64,000 nucleotides of DNA from Fistulifera solaris. Its lineage: Eukaryota. Within the stretch, counting starts at the first letter, position 1; each line of letters opens with the position of its first letter. The stretch covers positions 496,001-560,000 of the forward strand of contig AP026127.1 of the NCBI GenBank assembly GCA_030295235.1, written 5' to 3'. The notes beneath the pieces are model-generated. The model made no database searches and was not told the DNA's origin. It saw nothing but the letters and a program-made list of their open reading frames with translations. Both the position numbers and the translations under genes were made by a program. This document shows, in pieces, positions 1-12,375 of the stretch.

Positions 1-508
1 CGTCCATTGTCATTCAACTGCGAATACAATCATAATTACGGGTAAAGAAAGTCCCAACAATGATAGTTCTGAATGACTTGTTAAGAGTTTTTTTATTTTC
101 ACGTCGAAAATCCGAGGATCGACACGTTGAATTTTCACTATGAACCGGAGTGTTGGTTTACACCAGCCAAGACTGGATTGTACAGTAGTCATGAATCGCA
201 CTTGCTTCATTTCCAAAACGTCGCCTTTGACATCACAACAAAGCAATGTCGACTTCATTGCCATCCATTGTTCGTCCTAATATATTAAATGAAATAAATA
301 AACAGGTGTTTCTGCTTCGTTTTCTCTTTCACAGCGGCCAAAGCAACAATCCACCGTCAAGCTTTTTCTTGAAGGTCCCAAAAGGACCCCAATTTTGCCG
401 GACGGGGTCTTAAAAAATAACTGCAACGCTTATTGGCATTACTAGCTTGGTATCCCACGTGTTGCTGTTAAATTATTATTTCCTCTTCTATTTACTTAAC
501 TATTGATG

Positions 509-1360
509 CTATAAATCTACATATGAACTCGTTTCCTCCACAGGACGACACGTTTTCATGTTACGCCACCAGCTTTGTTGAAAGCAAGCATGCGGTCCAT
601 TGCCATGCAAACACCGAGATACCGTGCGTACATCATGCGTTTGCTCCAATTGTAGAATCAATTCTGGTAAGCGTTCAAAAATGGCCGTCGTTTCGCTATC
701 AGCATTCCCTTCGTACGAGGGTACATAGACAGCATTTCCGTAATTCCGCACACATTGCTGCGGAGTGTTTTCAATAATGATGGTTCGTTCTCGTGTAAAT
801 ACACTGGATGACTGCTTCTTGTGTTTCTTCCATACCTTAGCCAAGTCTTTGGTCTCACGGCACGGGCAAGTAAAAATGGCGCCATTCTGACACGTGCATC
901 GCTCGCACGCGTGACGATAGGACTCACACCAGCAACACAACGACACTTCCCCGTGCACATGCCTGGGAATTCGTGCCCGTGTCACCATATGATCGGCGGT
1001 CCACACGAATGCAAAGAGATTCCGACAATCGAGTCCTTGACAGTCGTGTTGCGGATCGAGGGCGGAACAGATTTTCCAAGTCACATAATGAGCCCAACTG
1101 GCGTGTGCGGCGGTCCAAACGGCGACAACATGGTTCCGTGCTTGACACCAGCGTAAAAAGTCCAAGACCGCCGGTCGTAAGAAGGTTTCCGATGCAGATG
1201 GATGTTCACTGCTGCTGCTTTCCGCCACGAGGGTTCCGTCGAGGTCAAGAATAATGCCCAGTCGTCGATCGGATGATAAACTTTCCTCTGGCATATATTC
1301 CTCCGAGGATGAGTCTAACGAAGCTCTCACCGAAGAAGGACTGAGGGCACGCGGGGGCAT
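509..1360 (-). CDS. FCP1/NIF-type HAD-superfamily phosphatase with Cys-rich insertion
   Basis: Intact 283-aa ORF. IILDLDGTLV (DxDxT), LRP..LDFL, VWTAA, KDL.KVW and TIIIENTP...NYGNAVYVPSY are typical NIF/FCP1 motifs. Confidence 0.8.
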   Translation of the reverse strand: MPPRALSPSSVRASLDSSSEEYMPEESLSSDRRLGIILDLDGTLVAESSSSEHPSASETFLRPAVLDFLRWCQARNHVVAVWTAAHASWAHYVTWKICSALDPQHDCQGLDCRNLFAFVWTADHMVTRARIPRHVHGEVSLCCWCESYRHACERCTCQNGAIFTCPCRETKDLAKVWKKHKKQSSSVFTRERTIIIENTPQQCVRNYGNAVYVPSYEGNADSETTAIFERLPELILQLEQTHDVRTVSRCLHGNGPHACFQQSWWRNMKTCRPVEETSSYVDL

Positions 1361-2188
1361 ACTGAAGGACTGTTGTTGTGACGTTGAATAATGCGAAAGA
1401 ATCGAATGCCTTGGTGGCTGTCGTGCATTATGAGCGAAAGGATGCTAGATGAATGATTCGTGAAGCTAAGAGTTGAAAACTGGTCTCGAAAGCGGGTCAA
1501 TGATAACTTTTTTATTCATGATTCATGACGAAAACGGATCGATCGATCGTTTTCGAGTGTGTGTCTGCGATGCGGACGATTGGCTTTTGTTCGCAAACGT
1601 GGTCTTTTTTTCGCGCATGTGTGCAAGAAATGCGATCTGCGCACGTGCGCGTGCGGAGCATTTGCTTGAAGCTTGAAGCAATCCGAACACTTCTGAATGT
1701 CCCATAAAGTGTACAGTAGTAAAAAGTTACTATGGTACCAACTGTTGTCAGTTTTCACCACGACTGGTTTTAGTCACGAGCGCTGGTTCGTTTTAGATTC
1801 GTTTCTCGCCTCACTCAACGACCTATTGATCCTCTTACACAAGATCTTGAAGATATTTGACCGTTCAACCACTACCAAACGTAAGACTGCACTTGAAAGA
1901 AGCGTAGATATGCAGGCAAACAATAGAAGACGTAGCGCCCGTCATTCTTAGTTGAGGCTAGGTTGAGGTACGAAGGCAAGAAATTAGGCTTATTTAGTTG
2001 ATCACGCTACCCAAAACAGTCTGGAAAACAAGGTTGTTAACAGCGTTGGAAAAGCCTTCAAAATGTTACGTCATAACTCCCGTATCTTCCGTCTTCAAAA
2101 TATTTACGATCTCCACGGCACCCGCAATTTTCACGGTTGCAATCAGTCATGAACCAATTCATCTTTAGTCCACAAAGTCTTATCTGTG

Positions 2189-3218
2189 CTAGTTCCCCGC
2201 ATCGCTGAAATCACCGACTCGCATAACTAGCTTTCCTTGCACATGTCCCGAATGAAGCTTCTCCAAAATCCCGTTCGGCATGGTAGCCTTGGTCCAATGC
2301 ATATTCATTTCATCGAGGCACGGAGACAGAGGCGCGCGGATTCGTCCCGACGACATCCAGTTCAGTATTTGTGCCATCATTTGGCTGGGTTGCGAATGCG
2401 AAAAATGCGTTCGAAAGCAGCTAAATACGGTTTCCGTGTACACCGTGACCGACTTGAAAAGACGAAATCCAGGTTGAGTGACCGAATTGAAGGTCCCGCC
2501 ACTACTAAACAAATACGCCCATAAGGACGAATCACTTCGGACATGGAATGCATGAGAGATGGTGTCGGTTCCGCCAAGCACAAAATCGCGTCGACACTAC
2601 CCTGGGGTCCTCCCGGCAATTCTTGCAGAAAATCATGGGGGATACACCGCGAGGCCCCGTTGGTACGACACCAGTCACGGGATGTATCGGAGGTACAGAT
2701 AATTTCTGAATTCGGATGCAACGCCCGTGCCATGCGTGTCGCCCAACTCCCGACTCCTCCCGCGCCTCCCACAATCAATAGAGTCTGCACGGATGTAGTA
2801 CTCTCGGTCAGTAGTCCCAATTTCTGCAACGATTCGTACGCCGTACAACCCGCCAAGGGGATACTAGCGGCTTCCTGTAAGGTTATTTGTGGGGGTACCA
2901 GGGCGGCTGCCCGTCGATCCACTCGACAATACTGAGCGTACGATCCACTCTTTGTTGGATCCAACAGGAAACAAATAGAAGCCCCGACGGGAAAGGCGGC
3001 TTCGTCCGGCGTTTCTTGAACGATTCCGCTACCCGCAAACCCGCTCACAAAGGGAAAATTGCTGGTGCGAGTATGTAGTTTTGTAAATCGACCGGATTCA
3101 AATCGGAGCAGGCGACTTGGACCAACAAAAAGTCGGGAGGATCGATCGGTATATCGACGGTTTGCAGCGAAAGGGTTTGTCGAAACTCTCCCGCTTCGGT
3201 GGCCGCTAAAGCTAGCAT
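2189..3218 (-). CDS. MDR-family oxidoreductase (zinc-type alcohol dehydrogenase-like / quinone reductase), frameshifted in assembly
   Basis: ATG at 3218 gives MLALAA...LVQVACSDLNPVDLQ. It continues in other frames through GSYAQY, AASIPLAGCTAYESL, LIVGGAGGVG (Rossmann) and C-terminal SGHVQGKLV. At least two 1-nt shifts. Confidence 0.8.
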
Positions 3219-3349
3219 CGGGAATTAGTGTTGCTGGTGAAGTGTCCTTATCCAATAAAGACAAAAGATCTGGCGCTGCGTTATCTTTGATTATTTTGCA
3301 ACAGAAAAATTTTTTGCGATGAAACCTTTTTGCCGCCGTTTTATTACCA

Positions 3350-4752
3350 AAATGCCATGGATATCATCTTCATTCGAAACATGAGTAAATAAATAATGGT
3401 AAATGTTCGACACGCAACTATTTGCGTGGAAAGGCATCCGTATCGTCGAGCGCCATTTTCACTATGGTGGTAAAGAGTTGGTTGTACGCGATCGCGACTA
3501 ACTTTCAGTCACTTGAAACGCCACCGAAGCAATGAGAGCACCAAAGCTGTCCACAAACGAAAGCGCGAAGTCTTCTATAATCAAATACCATGGAAATACA
3601 AATATATGAACTAACTATCATCTTCATTCGAAACGCAACTATTTGCGTCGAAAGGCATCCGTATCGTCGAGCGCCATTTTCACTATGGTGGTAAAGTGTT
3701 GGTTGTACGCGATCGCGACTAAAATTCAGTCACTTTTAAACGCCACCGAAACAATGAGTGCACCAAAGTTGTCCACAAACGAAAGCGCGAAGTCGTCTAT
3801 AATCAAATACCATGGAAATACAAATATATGAACTTAACTATCATCTTCATTCGAAACGCAACTATTTGCGTCGAAAGGCATCCGTATCGTCGAGCGCCAT
3901 TTTCACTATAGTGGTAAAGTGTTGGTTGTACGCGATCGCGACTAACTTTCAGTCACTTTTAAACGCCACCGAAGCAATGAGAGCACCAAAGCTGTCCACA
4001 AACGAAAGCGTGAAGTCTGTAATCAAATGCCATGGAAATACAAATATATGAACTAACTATCATCTTCATTCGAAACGCAACTATTTGCGTCGAAAGGCAT
4101 CCGTATCGTCGAGCGCCATTTTCACTATGGTGGTAAAAAGTTGGTTGTACGCGATCGCGACTAACTTTCAGTCACTTGAAACGCCACCGAAGCAATGAGA
4201 GCACCAAAGCTGTCCACAAACGAAAGCGCGAAGTCTTCTATAATCAAATACCATGGAAATACAAATATATGAACTAACTATCATCTTCATTCGAAACGCA
4301 ACTATTTGCGTCGAAAGGCATCCGTATCGTCGAGCGCCATTTTCACTATAGTGGTAAAGTGTTGGTTGTACGCGATCGCGACTAAATTGCAGTCACTTTT
4401 AAACGCCACCGAAGCAATGAGTGCACCAAAGCTGTCCACAAACGAAAGCGTGAAGTCTGTAATCAAATGCCATGGAAATACAAATATATGAACTAACTAT
4501 CATCTTCATTCGAAACGCAACTATTTGCGTCGAAAGGCATCCGTATCGTCTAGCGCCATTTTCACTATGGTGGTAAAGTGTTGGTTGTACGCGATCGCGA
4601 CTAAATTGCAGTCACTTTTAAACGCCACCGAAGCAATGAGTGCACCAAAGCTGTCCACAAATGAAAGCGTGAAGTCTATAATCAAATGCCATGGAAATAC
4701 AAATATATAAACTAACTACATCTTCATTTGAAACGCAACTATTTGCGTCGAA
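3350..4752. repeat. Tandem array of ~220-bp units (6 full copies plus partial ends)
   Basis: Marker ACGCAACTATTTGCGT recurs at 3412, 3633, 3856, 4075, 4296, 4515 and 4733 (periods 218-223 bp), with high identity between units. Confidence 0.97.
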
Positions 4753-4993
4753 CGGATTATGATCTAATGACGATCCCGCTGCGACTGCGCGGACGACTGA
4801 CTAACCTGGCGGCAGATAATAGCAGCAAAAAAAATACACGTGCGGAGTGATTTTTTTGTTTTTGGTGCTGCGAGTTGTTGTGACCTGTGACCCATTATCT
4901 TCCTTCTTTTTTTTTATAATTCAATGTTATATTTTAAGCTTCCTCATCTTAATTCAATACTCTATCCATCAAGTCTTTCTTTTCAACAAAAAA

Positions 4994-5952
4994 ATGCCCG
5001 TCGACGTCGATGCCTGTATAGAAACACTCAAATCGGGAGAAATCATTTCGGAGAATTCACTGAAACTCCTGTGTCAGTATGTGTCCGAACTCCTCATGGA
5101 AGAATCCAACGTACAACCGGTGTTGTCACCGGTCACGATTGTCGGTGATTTACACGGACAAGTCTTTGACTTACTGAATTTACTCAATCTCGGTGGCTGG
5201 CCTCCGCAAACGAGTTACATCTTTTGGGCGATTTCGTCGATCGAGGTCACAACAGCGTCGAGACGCTCAGTTTGCTGCTGTGCTTGAAAATGAAATATCC
5301 CGGTCATGTTACTTTATTACGAGGAAATCACGAAAGTCGACAAATTACACAAGTGTACGGATTTTATGACGAATGTTTGCGGAAATATGGAAACGCGAGT
5401 CCCTGGAGACATTGTGTGCAGTGTTTTGATTCGTTTGGATTGGCGGCCCTGGTCGATGAACAAGTCCTATGTGTGCACGGGGGACTCTCTCCCGATGTTC
5501 GAACTCTCGATCAAGTCCGAGCGATTGATCGCAATCAGGAAATACCACACGAAGGAGCCTTTTGTGATTTGGTGTGGAGTGATCCCGAAGATATTTCGGG
5601 AGCGTGGCAAATGTCGCCGCGGGGTGCGGGGTACTTGTTCGGAAAACGCGTCACGGACGAGTTTCATGAAGTGAATAATTTGCAACTGATAGCGCGAGCG
5701 CATCAATTGGTCATGGAAGGACGCAAGTATCATTTTGATGATCGTTTGGTGACGGTGTGGAGTGCGCCGAACTATTGCTATCGCTGTGGGAATGTAGCCG
5801 CCGTCATGGAGGTGGGAGGTCCACCCGGAGAGGACTGTGAAGGCTCTGTGGGAAGTATTCCGCAGCGCTTTCGATTTTTTCGGGAAACAGAAATGTCTGT
5901 GCATGGACCCAAGGGAGAAGATAGAGCACAGTTGGTGCCATATTTCTTGTAG
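4994..5952 (+). CDS. PP2A-like Ser/Thr phosphatase catalytic subunit (PP4/PP6/Ppg1 type)
   Basis: [47 protein letters not shown] and C-terminal PYFL. One frameshift at ~5222-5228 (CTTTTGGG). Confidence 0.92.
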
Positions 5953-6028
5953 TTTTTGACACGATATGGAAACGAAGTTCTTGTTAATATGCTTCTTTAA
6001 AGCCTTTGATTAGTGTAGTATAGCCGAT

Positions 6029-6860
6029 TCAGTTGGTTGAGTCGTTTAAAGGCCCCATTTGGGGTGTTGAACCTCCTTTATATAGCATGAAGGGGTTCAT
6101 AGCTTGGGATGGTCCCCTCCCTCCACAATCGATGCACGGTAATATTCTTCCTCCTTTACAACGAAAACACAGTCGAACATCCATCAATGGACCCCCATTG
6201 GCTTTCTCAATGTCCTCCAGTGTCTCCCAACCCATCCTCCAGATCATTTTATTCTTTAACTCTTCTACCGATATCCAAAAATCCTCTTGCTCTCCACAAC
6301 AATTCCGCATCCGGACTTGCATCAAATTCTTCTTCTTGGGACTGCCTTTCAATTCCACAACTTCATGATGTCTATGCCCATTGTACACTTCGACCGACGT
6401 CCATTGCGATCCAACCAGCCGGTTAAGGTGAATGAAATTGCGGAGACGATTCCCCGTCGCGCGGATCGCTCCCTTTCCTTCGCACACCGCACAGCGGATC
6501 ACGCCTCGGCCTATGCGACCACGGAAAATGAGTTTATACAGCAACACATAAATGTTTTCGAGTCGTCGCCTTACCATTGCAACAAGTACACAGTCGCGGA
6601 GGACGATGGATGCGGATTTTCCCGTACGGTGTATGCAAGACGGGCGGTGTGGGTTCTTGAAGGGCTTTTCGTTTTTCGCGTCGAATTTTCTTCCCACGAA
6701 TACCCATAAAAGAACGAATTTTCTGTGGTCATGAACTCTCAACGTTGGACCGATAAAAGAGGCTCTTGAGGCCGACAACCATGCTTCAGTGGGTTGCAAT
6801 AAAAAGAAAAAGAAGGATGAAACGCAATTGAGGCAGCGAAAGAAACGCAATTATGGGCAT
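6029..6860 (-). CDS. DnaJ-type CxxCxGxG zinc-finger protein containing a Trp-rich TIGR02450-like domain, possibly plastid-targeted
   Basis: Motif order: CTCCNG/[intron]/RG, CAVCEGKG, then LVGSQWTSV..NGHRHHEV...FWISVEELKN..WRMGW, then CFRCKGG and CIDCGGRG. Hydrophobic N-terminus ends TEAW. Both gene ends are approximate because of frameshifts. Confidence 0.6.
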
Positions 6861-7260
6861 CTTCTGCTCGCTGCCTCTTCCAATCAAAAAGAAATGTTTT
6901 TCTGCAGGCTACACTTCGTAAGAATGAACTGCAATGAGCATCATGATAATTCTTTCTCCATCAGCATCGCGAATGAATAAAAACGACGCAGTTGCAAAGA
7001 AAAATGCCCCGCGAAATGCGCGGATGACGATGCGATGTCGAAAAAAGTATTCTTCTCTTTGCTATACAGTACAAGTACCGGTAGGTCACAGTGTGTTTGG
7101 CGGCCAGACGACAGTTTCGTGCCATCCAAGAAAAATGTTCGTCACAAAAAAAAGTGTTTCATTCATTTCTTTTTGATGAATCTAATACAATCCTAAGCAA
7201 CCAGAAACAAGATAACTCCAAGACAATAACGACACAACGAGACGTAACGAAACAGATACC

Positions 7261-8031
7261 ATGTTTGTGTTGAAGACGTTCCAGGACATGATCCGGATTC
7301 CTTCCTCACTTTTGTCGCTCTCGACGACCCGGGCCATTCAGAATGAAATTGATGAAAAGTATCCCAATCGAGTCATCATGGGAGCCGGATTGGTGATAGG
7401 ACGATACAGTGATACGCTGTTAGAAGTAGGACACGGAATCTGCGTCGATGGAGGATCGCATCATCAGTGTACCTTCCAAATGATTCTCTTTCAACCGTTT
7501 GTCGACGAAGTCTTGTTGGGGACGATTCGGAAATCCACACCCGAGGGCGTTTCGGTATCATTAGGATTCTTTCAAGATATTTTCATTCCGGCATATTGGA
7601 TGTTGAATCCCAGTCGCTATGAAGAATCGACGGGACTATGGGTCTGGACACCCACGTTTGACGAAGAAGAACAAGAACCGGATATTGGAACCATCAAGAC
7701 AGAAGAAGAGCCACAGGACGACGAACGCTACGAAATGTACCTGGGGGCTCCAATTCGCTTCAAAGTCAAATCCATTCAATTCACGCAAATCACAAATACA
7801 GCCAAAGGAATGCAGGCAACACAGACCAATCCACAAGAAGAGTACATGTCCAATGGGCGACGACAACGGTCTTCGTCGGTGGGATTGCTGGATGAAACCA
7901 AAGCGCCACCGGCCGCCATGCAGATTGTAGCATCGATTTGTGAAGATGGATTAGGTTTAACCAGTTGGTGGGAACAACAGCCAGAGGAAGATGAAAACGA
8001 GGACGATGAAAATGTCGACTTTGAATTATAA
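7261..8031 (+). CDS. POLR3H: RNA polymerase III subunit RPC8 (RPC25)
   Basis: MFVL...D.IRIP, KYPNRVI, F.PFVDEVLLG.I..S..EGV.VSLGFF.DIFIP and C-terminal GLGLTSWW. Confidence 0.9.
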   Translation: MFVLKTFQDMIRIPSSLLSLSTTRAIQNEIDEKYPNRVIMGAGLVIGRYSDTLLEVGHGICVDGGSHHQCTFQMILFQPFVDEVLLGTIRKSTPEGVSVSLGFFQDIFIPAYWMLNPSRYEESTGLWVWTPTFDEEEQEPDIGTIKTEEEPQDDERYEMYLGAPIRFKVKSIQFTQITNTAKGMQATQTNPQEEYMSNGRRQRSSSVGLLDETKAPPAAMQIVASICEDGLGLTSWWEQQPEEDENEDDENVDFEL

Positions 8032-8050
8032 CGCAAGCATGGCGGTTTTA

Positions 8051-11000
8051 TCAAGGCGTTACTACCTTGGAGGATGTATACGCGTATTGGCCCATGGCGG
8101 CATGAATTGCCGATTGAGACTCGTCGGACAGGTTGTGCAGACTTAAATTCGGAATCTGTTGTTGCAGCCGTGCTAAGATTTGGGTGAAACGGGCCACAGT
8201 CTCGTCCGTTGCCACTTCCTGGTCTTCAAAAACAAGAGCTAGCGTATTTCCAATAATTTCGACAATGGCATCGGCACCTATCATGTGCATCATGTGCTTT
8301 GCCGTTGACTCGTCCTCCAGCAAGTCGCAGAACCCTGCGTGACAAATCTTGGCTTCATCCCCATCTTCCGATAATGGAAGCGCGGCTACGAAAAGTTGTA
8401 AAGCCGTGTCCACTTTCATGACAGATGAGCCGCGGAAGGGGGCCTTTGGAAAAGAATGAGTGAAGCAAGGGCGGAGGCGGCATTTTCATAGATTGCGGCG
8501 TGGCTTTCCTTGACTTGTTCTGCTGCGAATGATGCGACGCGTGGAATAATTGCATTTATATGAGCCGATAACACAGAAGAAGGAGAGTATCGGGCGATTT
8601 GTGTCACTCCATAGATGCTAGCCCGTATGAGGTCATCATTCGTGGAAGAGAGACCCTTGACAACAGCCTCGGCGAGCACGGGGCCGACAGTAGCCGCAGC
8701 TTCTGGGCCACAATGCTCAACGCAATCGTCAAACAAACAGACAGCCGAGAGTGTTGCTTGCGCGTCATTCCCGCCATTAAGGTATGGACCGAGAATAGGA
8801 GCAACTTCTTTTCGAAAGATAGGGTAGAATTCGTGCTTGAAAATTTTCAGATTGTAGCCAATAGAATCAACTAGCGGTGTCAATAGATTATCTTCACTTG
8901 CCAACTGCTTCTTGATGTCTTCCACCTCATCTTCGGATGAAGCATTTGTCAGTTGTTTGGATATTTCGTCCCTTCGACGAAGACAAGCCACGAGTGATTG
9001 AATGCATGATCTGACAAGCTGGTTCGACTGATCTAGATCGAAGTTTGCGAGCAAAGCATCGGAGTCGTCAAGACGAATGTACACAGCGTAAAGAATATCA
9101 CTCAGCGAGTCGGCTAAAGCGAACAGGTTTTCCATTTCCTCAGGGTCCTCGCTCTCGATCTGATTGTAGATCGCTCGCACCAAGACCGGGAAAATCGATC
9201 GAGAGAATTCCAGTGAATTGGCGTCCACTCCGGCGGCACAAGATGCTTCGAATACAGCGGCGAGCGTTTGGGCCGAGACGGCTCTGAGCTCACTGGAGTA
9301 ACGAAACTGAAGGAGTGGCAAGAGTGTGTCGAAGGAGACTTTGACGTAAGGACCGAAATTTGCTCCTAATGCGGCAGCATGTTCATAAATGGCGCGAATG
9401 GCCAACGTTTTCTCCTGCATGCTACTGGTGTTCAAGGTGACTTTCGTGTATCCTCGTCCAGGCAACGCAACTGTCATACTCTGTGTTCCGTCTTCTTCGT
9501 TCACGACGACACGGTTCTCCTTCGTGGCGGCCAAGTCTTGTTCCGTACCCTCCTGTGAATAAGATCAATAAGTGAGAAATATCCGACATTGCCGGCGAAT
9601 GAGACAACAAAACAGATTGTTCGTACCGACAACGTAACATCCGTCGATTCCGCGGCGCGCTGCAGCAGGTGGGGCACCACGGCGGCACAGTATGGTGTGT
9701 AGCTGTCTTCTAGAACAGATGCAATGCGGGCACATGCCACCAAGTGTTCCAAAGGTGGTTGGCTTTGCGAAAGAATCGACTGAAGAAACTGAATTGCATC
9801 GGAATGAAAGATATCCTTTCCGACGGCTTGCCCCACAATGGTGGCCGTTTCTAAAGCGGCACTACGCATATACTCTTCCGATTGAGGCTGAGAAAAGAGC
9901 GAAAGAAGACCTGGCATGACTCCGGCATAGTATGGAACGAAATCTTCTTGACTGACTTGCGCCAACGCTGCTACAGCTCCGACGGCTCTCACCTGCGCCA
10001 CCGGATGGGCCAGAACGGACGACAGCGCCTCCAATAAAGTCCCAACATACGATTGCATTTCATTGTCACTGCGCGCCAGGGATACGACACAGCACGCGGC
10101 GGTCGATGCCACCTTCACGAGGGGGAGACCGCAAAAGATGAGAAATCGCATCCACAACGAGTGGCAAGTTCTCTTGATCCACATGATCCACCAAAAGACC
10201 CAGAAGAACCAGTGCATTGTATTGCAACACACAATGTGACGACTGACACTGCTGCAGAGCCCATTGCAAAGCCACCGGTGCATACTGCGCAAACGCCACC
10301 GGCAGCGCCATCGCCGCCGATTGCAATGCCACGAGTGCTCCCCGGTGGGCTTTCCACGGCAACTGCAAGTCCATCAGACAGGGTTGTACGGCGGGTAAGA
10401 TCGTTCGAACAAGTACTTGACTTCCCATCAATCGCAGCATGTCTTGCAACAACTGCGCCGTATAATCATCGTCTTCCTCGTGCATCGCTTCTTCGAGTTG
10501 CACTTCGGCCCACGTTTCGGCATCAAATTCCGCAAACTCCAACAACTTTTGCAGCATGTGCGGTAGCAGTTCTTGTTCCAGGGCTGCGATCAAAGCCGGC
10601 AATTGGTGACGTTGATGCATTCGCGCATACGTGTCGGCGTACGTGACCAAGACTTGGACACTCGGCAGTAGAATGGTTCCTGCGGCTGCACAACAAAAGT
10701 GTGTCACTGTTTCTATTAGTGGACGCAACAAGGCCGGGGCATCCGTCGCCGCATCCAACAAGGATTCCAACAATGCGTGTAGTGTTCCTTCATCGTACGT
10801 GGTTGTTTGCAAGAGAGGCATTACACACGTGATCGACATCTGTTCGAGCAGAGACGCGTCGTTCGTCGCTTGGGCTGCTTGGACGACCAATTGCATGACC
10901 AGGGCGGGAGAAGCTCGCGAGCGAACCGCCGCTTGTAGGTGATCACACACCACCGTCATGGGACCAAAGATGGAAGGAATGCGTTCCGCCAAGGAAATCC

Positions 11001-11473
11001 ACAATTTCAAGGCCATCGGATGTCCTTGTTTCTAAGGAAAAAAGTGAGAAACAAGGAAATACAAGAAATGATTTTATTGTTCTCCATCATTCGACACGTA
11101 CCACGGCATCACTGGATGTTTGCAGAATCGTTTGCATCGCTGGGATACTGGAAGATGCGTTGATTTCGTGTAGCACAAAGGTAATTTCCGTCACACAATC
11201 CCCAATGGAAGTACTTGTCGCCGTCAACGGCAGCAATTCTTTTAGTAGGGACTGCAGCAACGGCTCTTCCGTCAACAACAAAATGTCCCGTCGCAACAAG
11301 ACGGCCACCAACTGTTGTTGCCAAGGTTCCGTGTGTGTCGCGAGAGCGTGCATCAATGCGTGGACGCGTTGCTCGACGGGAAGACTCTTCCAATACGTTT
11401 CGGCGGGGATTCTCTGCGATCCATCGGGCGATAATAAAGCCTTAAGAAAATCTTTTGTGACAACCGGACTCAT
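8051..11473 (-). CDS. IPO5: Importin-beta family karyopherin, importin-5/Kap121-like (introns plus frameshifts)
   Basis: Consecutive minus-strand HEAT-repeat fragments: AVLLRR, WKAHRGAL.AL, FVPYY..VMP.L, ALETATIVG.AVGK..F, LNTSSMQEK..A, F.PYV, AVCLFDD.VEH, RAS.YG, ENA.SAL, LPL.ED.DEA. Confidence 0.85.
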
Positions 11474-11866
11474 TCCTTATTTGTGTAATCAAAATAAAAG
11501 ACAAACAGCCGTGATCAATAGAATTGTTGTCTTTTTCTTTGGAGCATTTGCACTTTTGTATAGTTCGCAATGCGATATAATGTGGAAAATATCCCCCCAT
11601 GCGAGCCGGCCGGTTCCTCGCGCTTTCCATGTACCTTTCGTGCTACAGTCTTTATTTCAAATGAGCGCGCGAGCAAGTACAAAAATCGACTGTCGAGAAA
11701 TACTTCGTGTCACAGTAGCTGCAAATGACGTCATCTAGAGCGGACTGCGGGTAAGAGGGACGAGACTTCAAATAATATAATCAGTCCCGGCACCGCCAAA
11801 CGCACTCTTATTATTTTTGAAACGATGACCGATTGCAAACGATCCAAAATGATCTATAAATGCCTT

Positions 11867-12245
11867 CAACGTCGTGGCTCATTGCAATCGATCCTGCGGT
11901 CAAACCGTTTTCGGGACTGGAAGTGGACTCAGTCAAGCTAAACCAACACTTTACGCTATAGTAAAACGACGATGAGGTGCTTGGAAGCAAGCTTGGAAGC
12001 AAGCTTGGAAGCAATTATATATGTAGATCCTTTCGGCGCATCCATCATGTTTCGTAAGACGAAAGCATTTACGGCTTTTTGATGAGTGCGCACAGTACAA
12101 CGTCGTGGTTCATTGCAATCGATCATGCGGTCGAACCGTTTCGGGACTGGAATTTATTCAGTCAAGTTACGTAGTAAACAAACACTTCACGCTATAGTAA
12201 AACGACGAGCGGTGCTTCGAACCAACACTTTCCGCTATAGTAAAA
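11867..12245. repeat. Imperfect ~230-bp direct duplication plus (GCTTGGAAGCAA)x3
   Basis: AACGTCGTGG(C/T)TCATTGCAATCGATC...GGGACTGG occurs at ~11867 and ~12099 (GGGACTGG at 11913 and 12143). A 12-mer is triplicated at ~11979-12014. Confidence 0.85.
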
Positions 12246-12375
12246 GACGTTGAGATTTTTTGTTTGCCAGGGAATAAATAATACGGAGTACCAGGTACGC
12301 CGGGTAATGACGATGGCCGATGGCCGATGGTCCTTTCACATAAAAAATTACGTTGAGACGTTCGCCAAGAACTCA

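Noticed and set aside
10..264. 84-aa ORF at the window edge
   Set aside because: It overlaps a copy of the intergenic motif and has no recognisable coding features.
3643..4710. Repeated 61-79-aa ORFs (MRRKASVSS...)
   Set aside because: By-products of the 220-bp array: mostly non-ATG starts, disrupted in some units, no recognisable domain.
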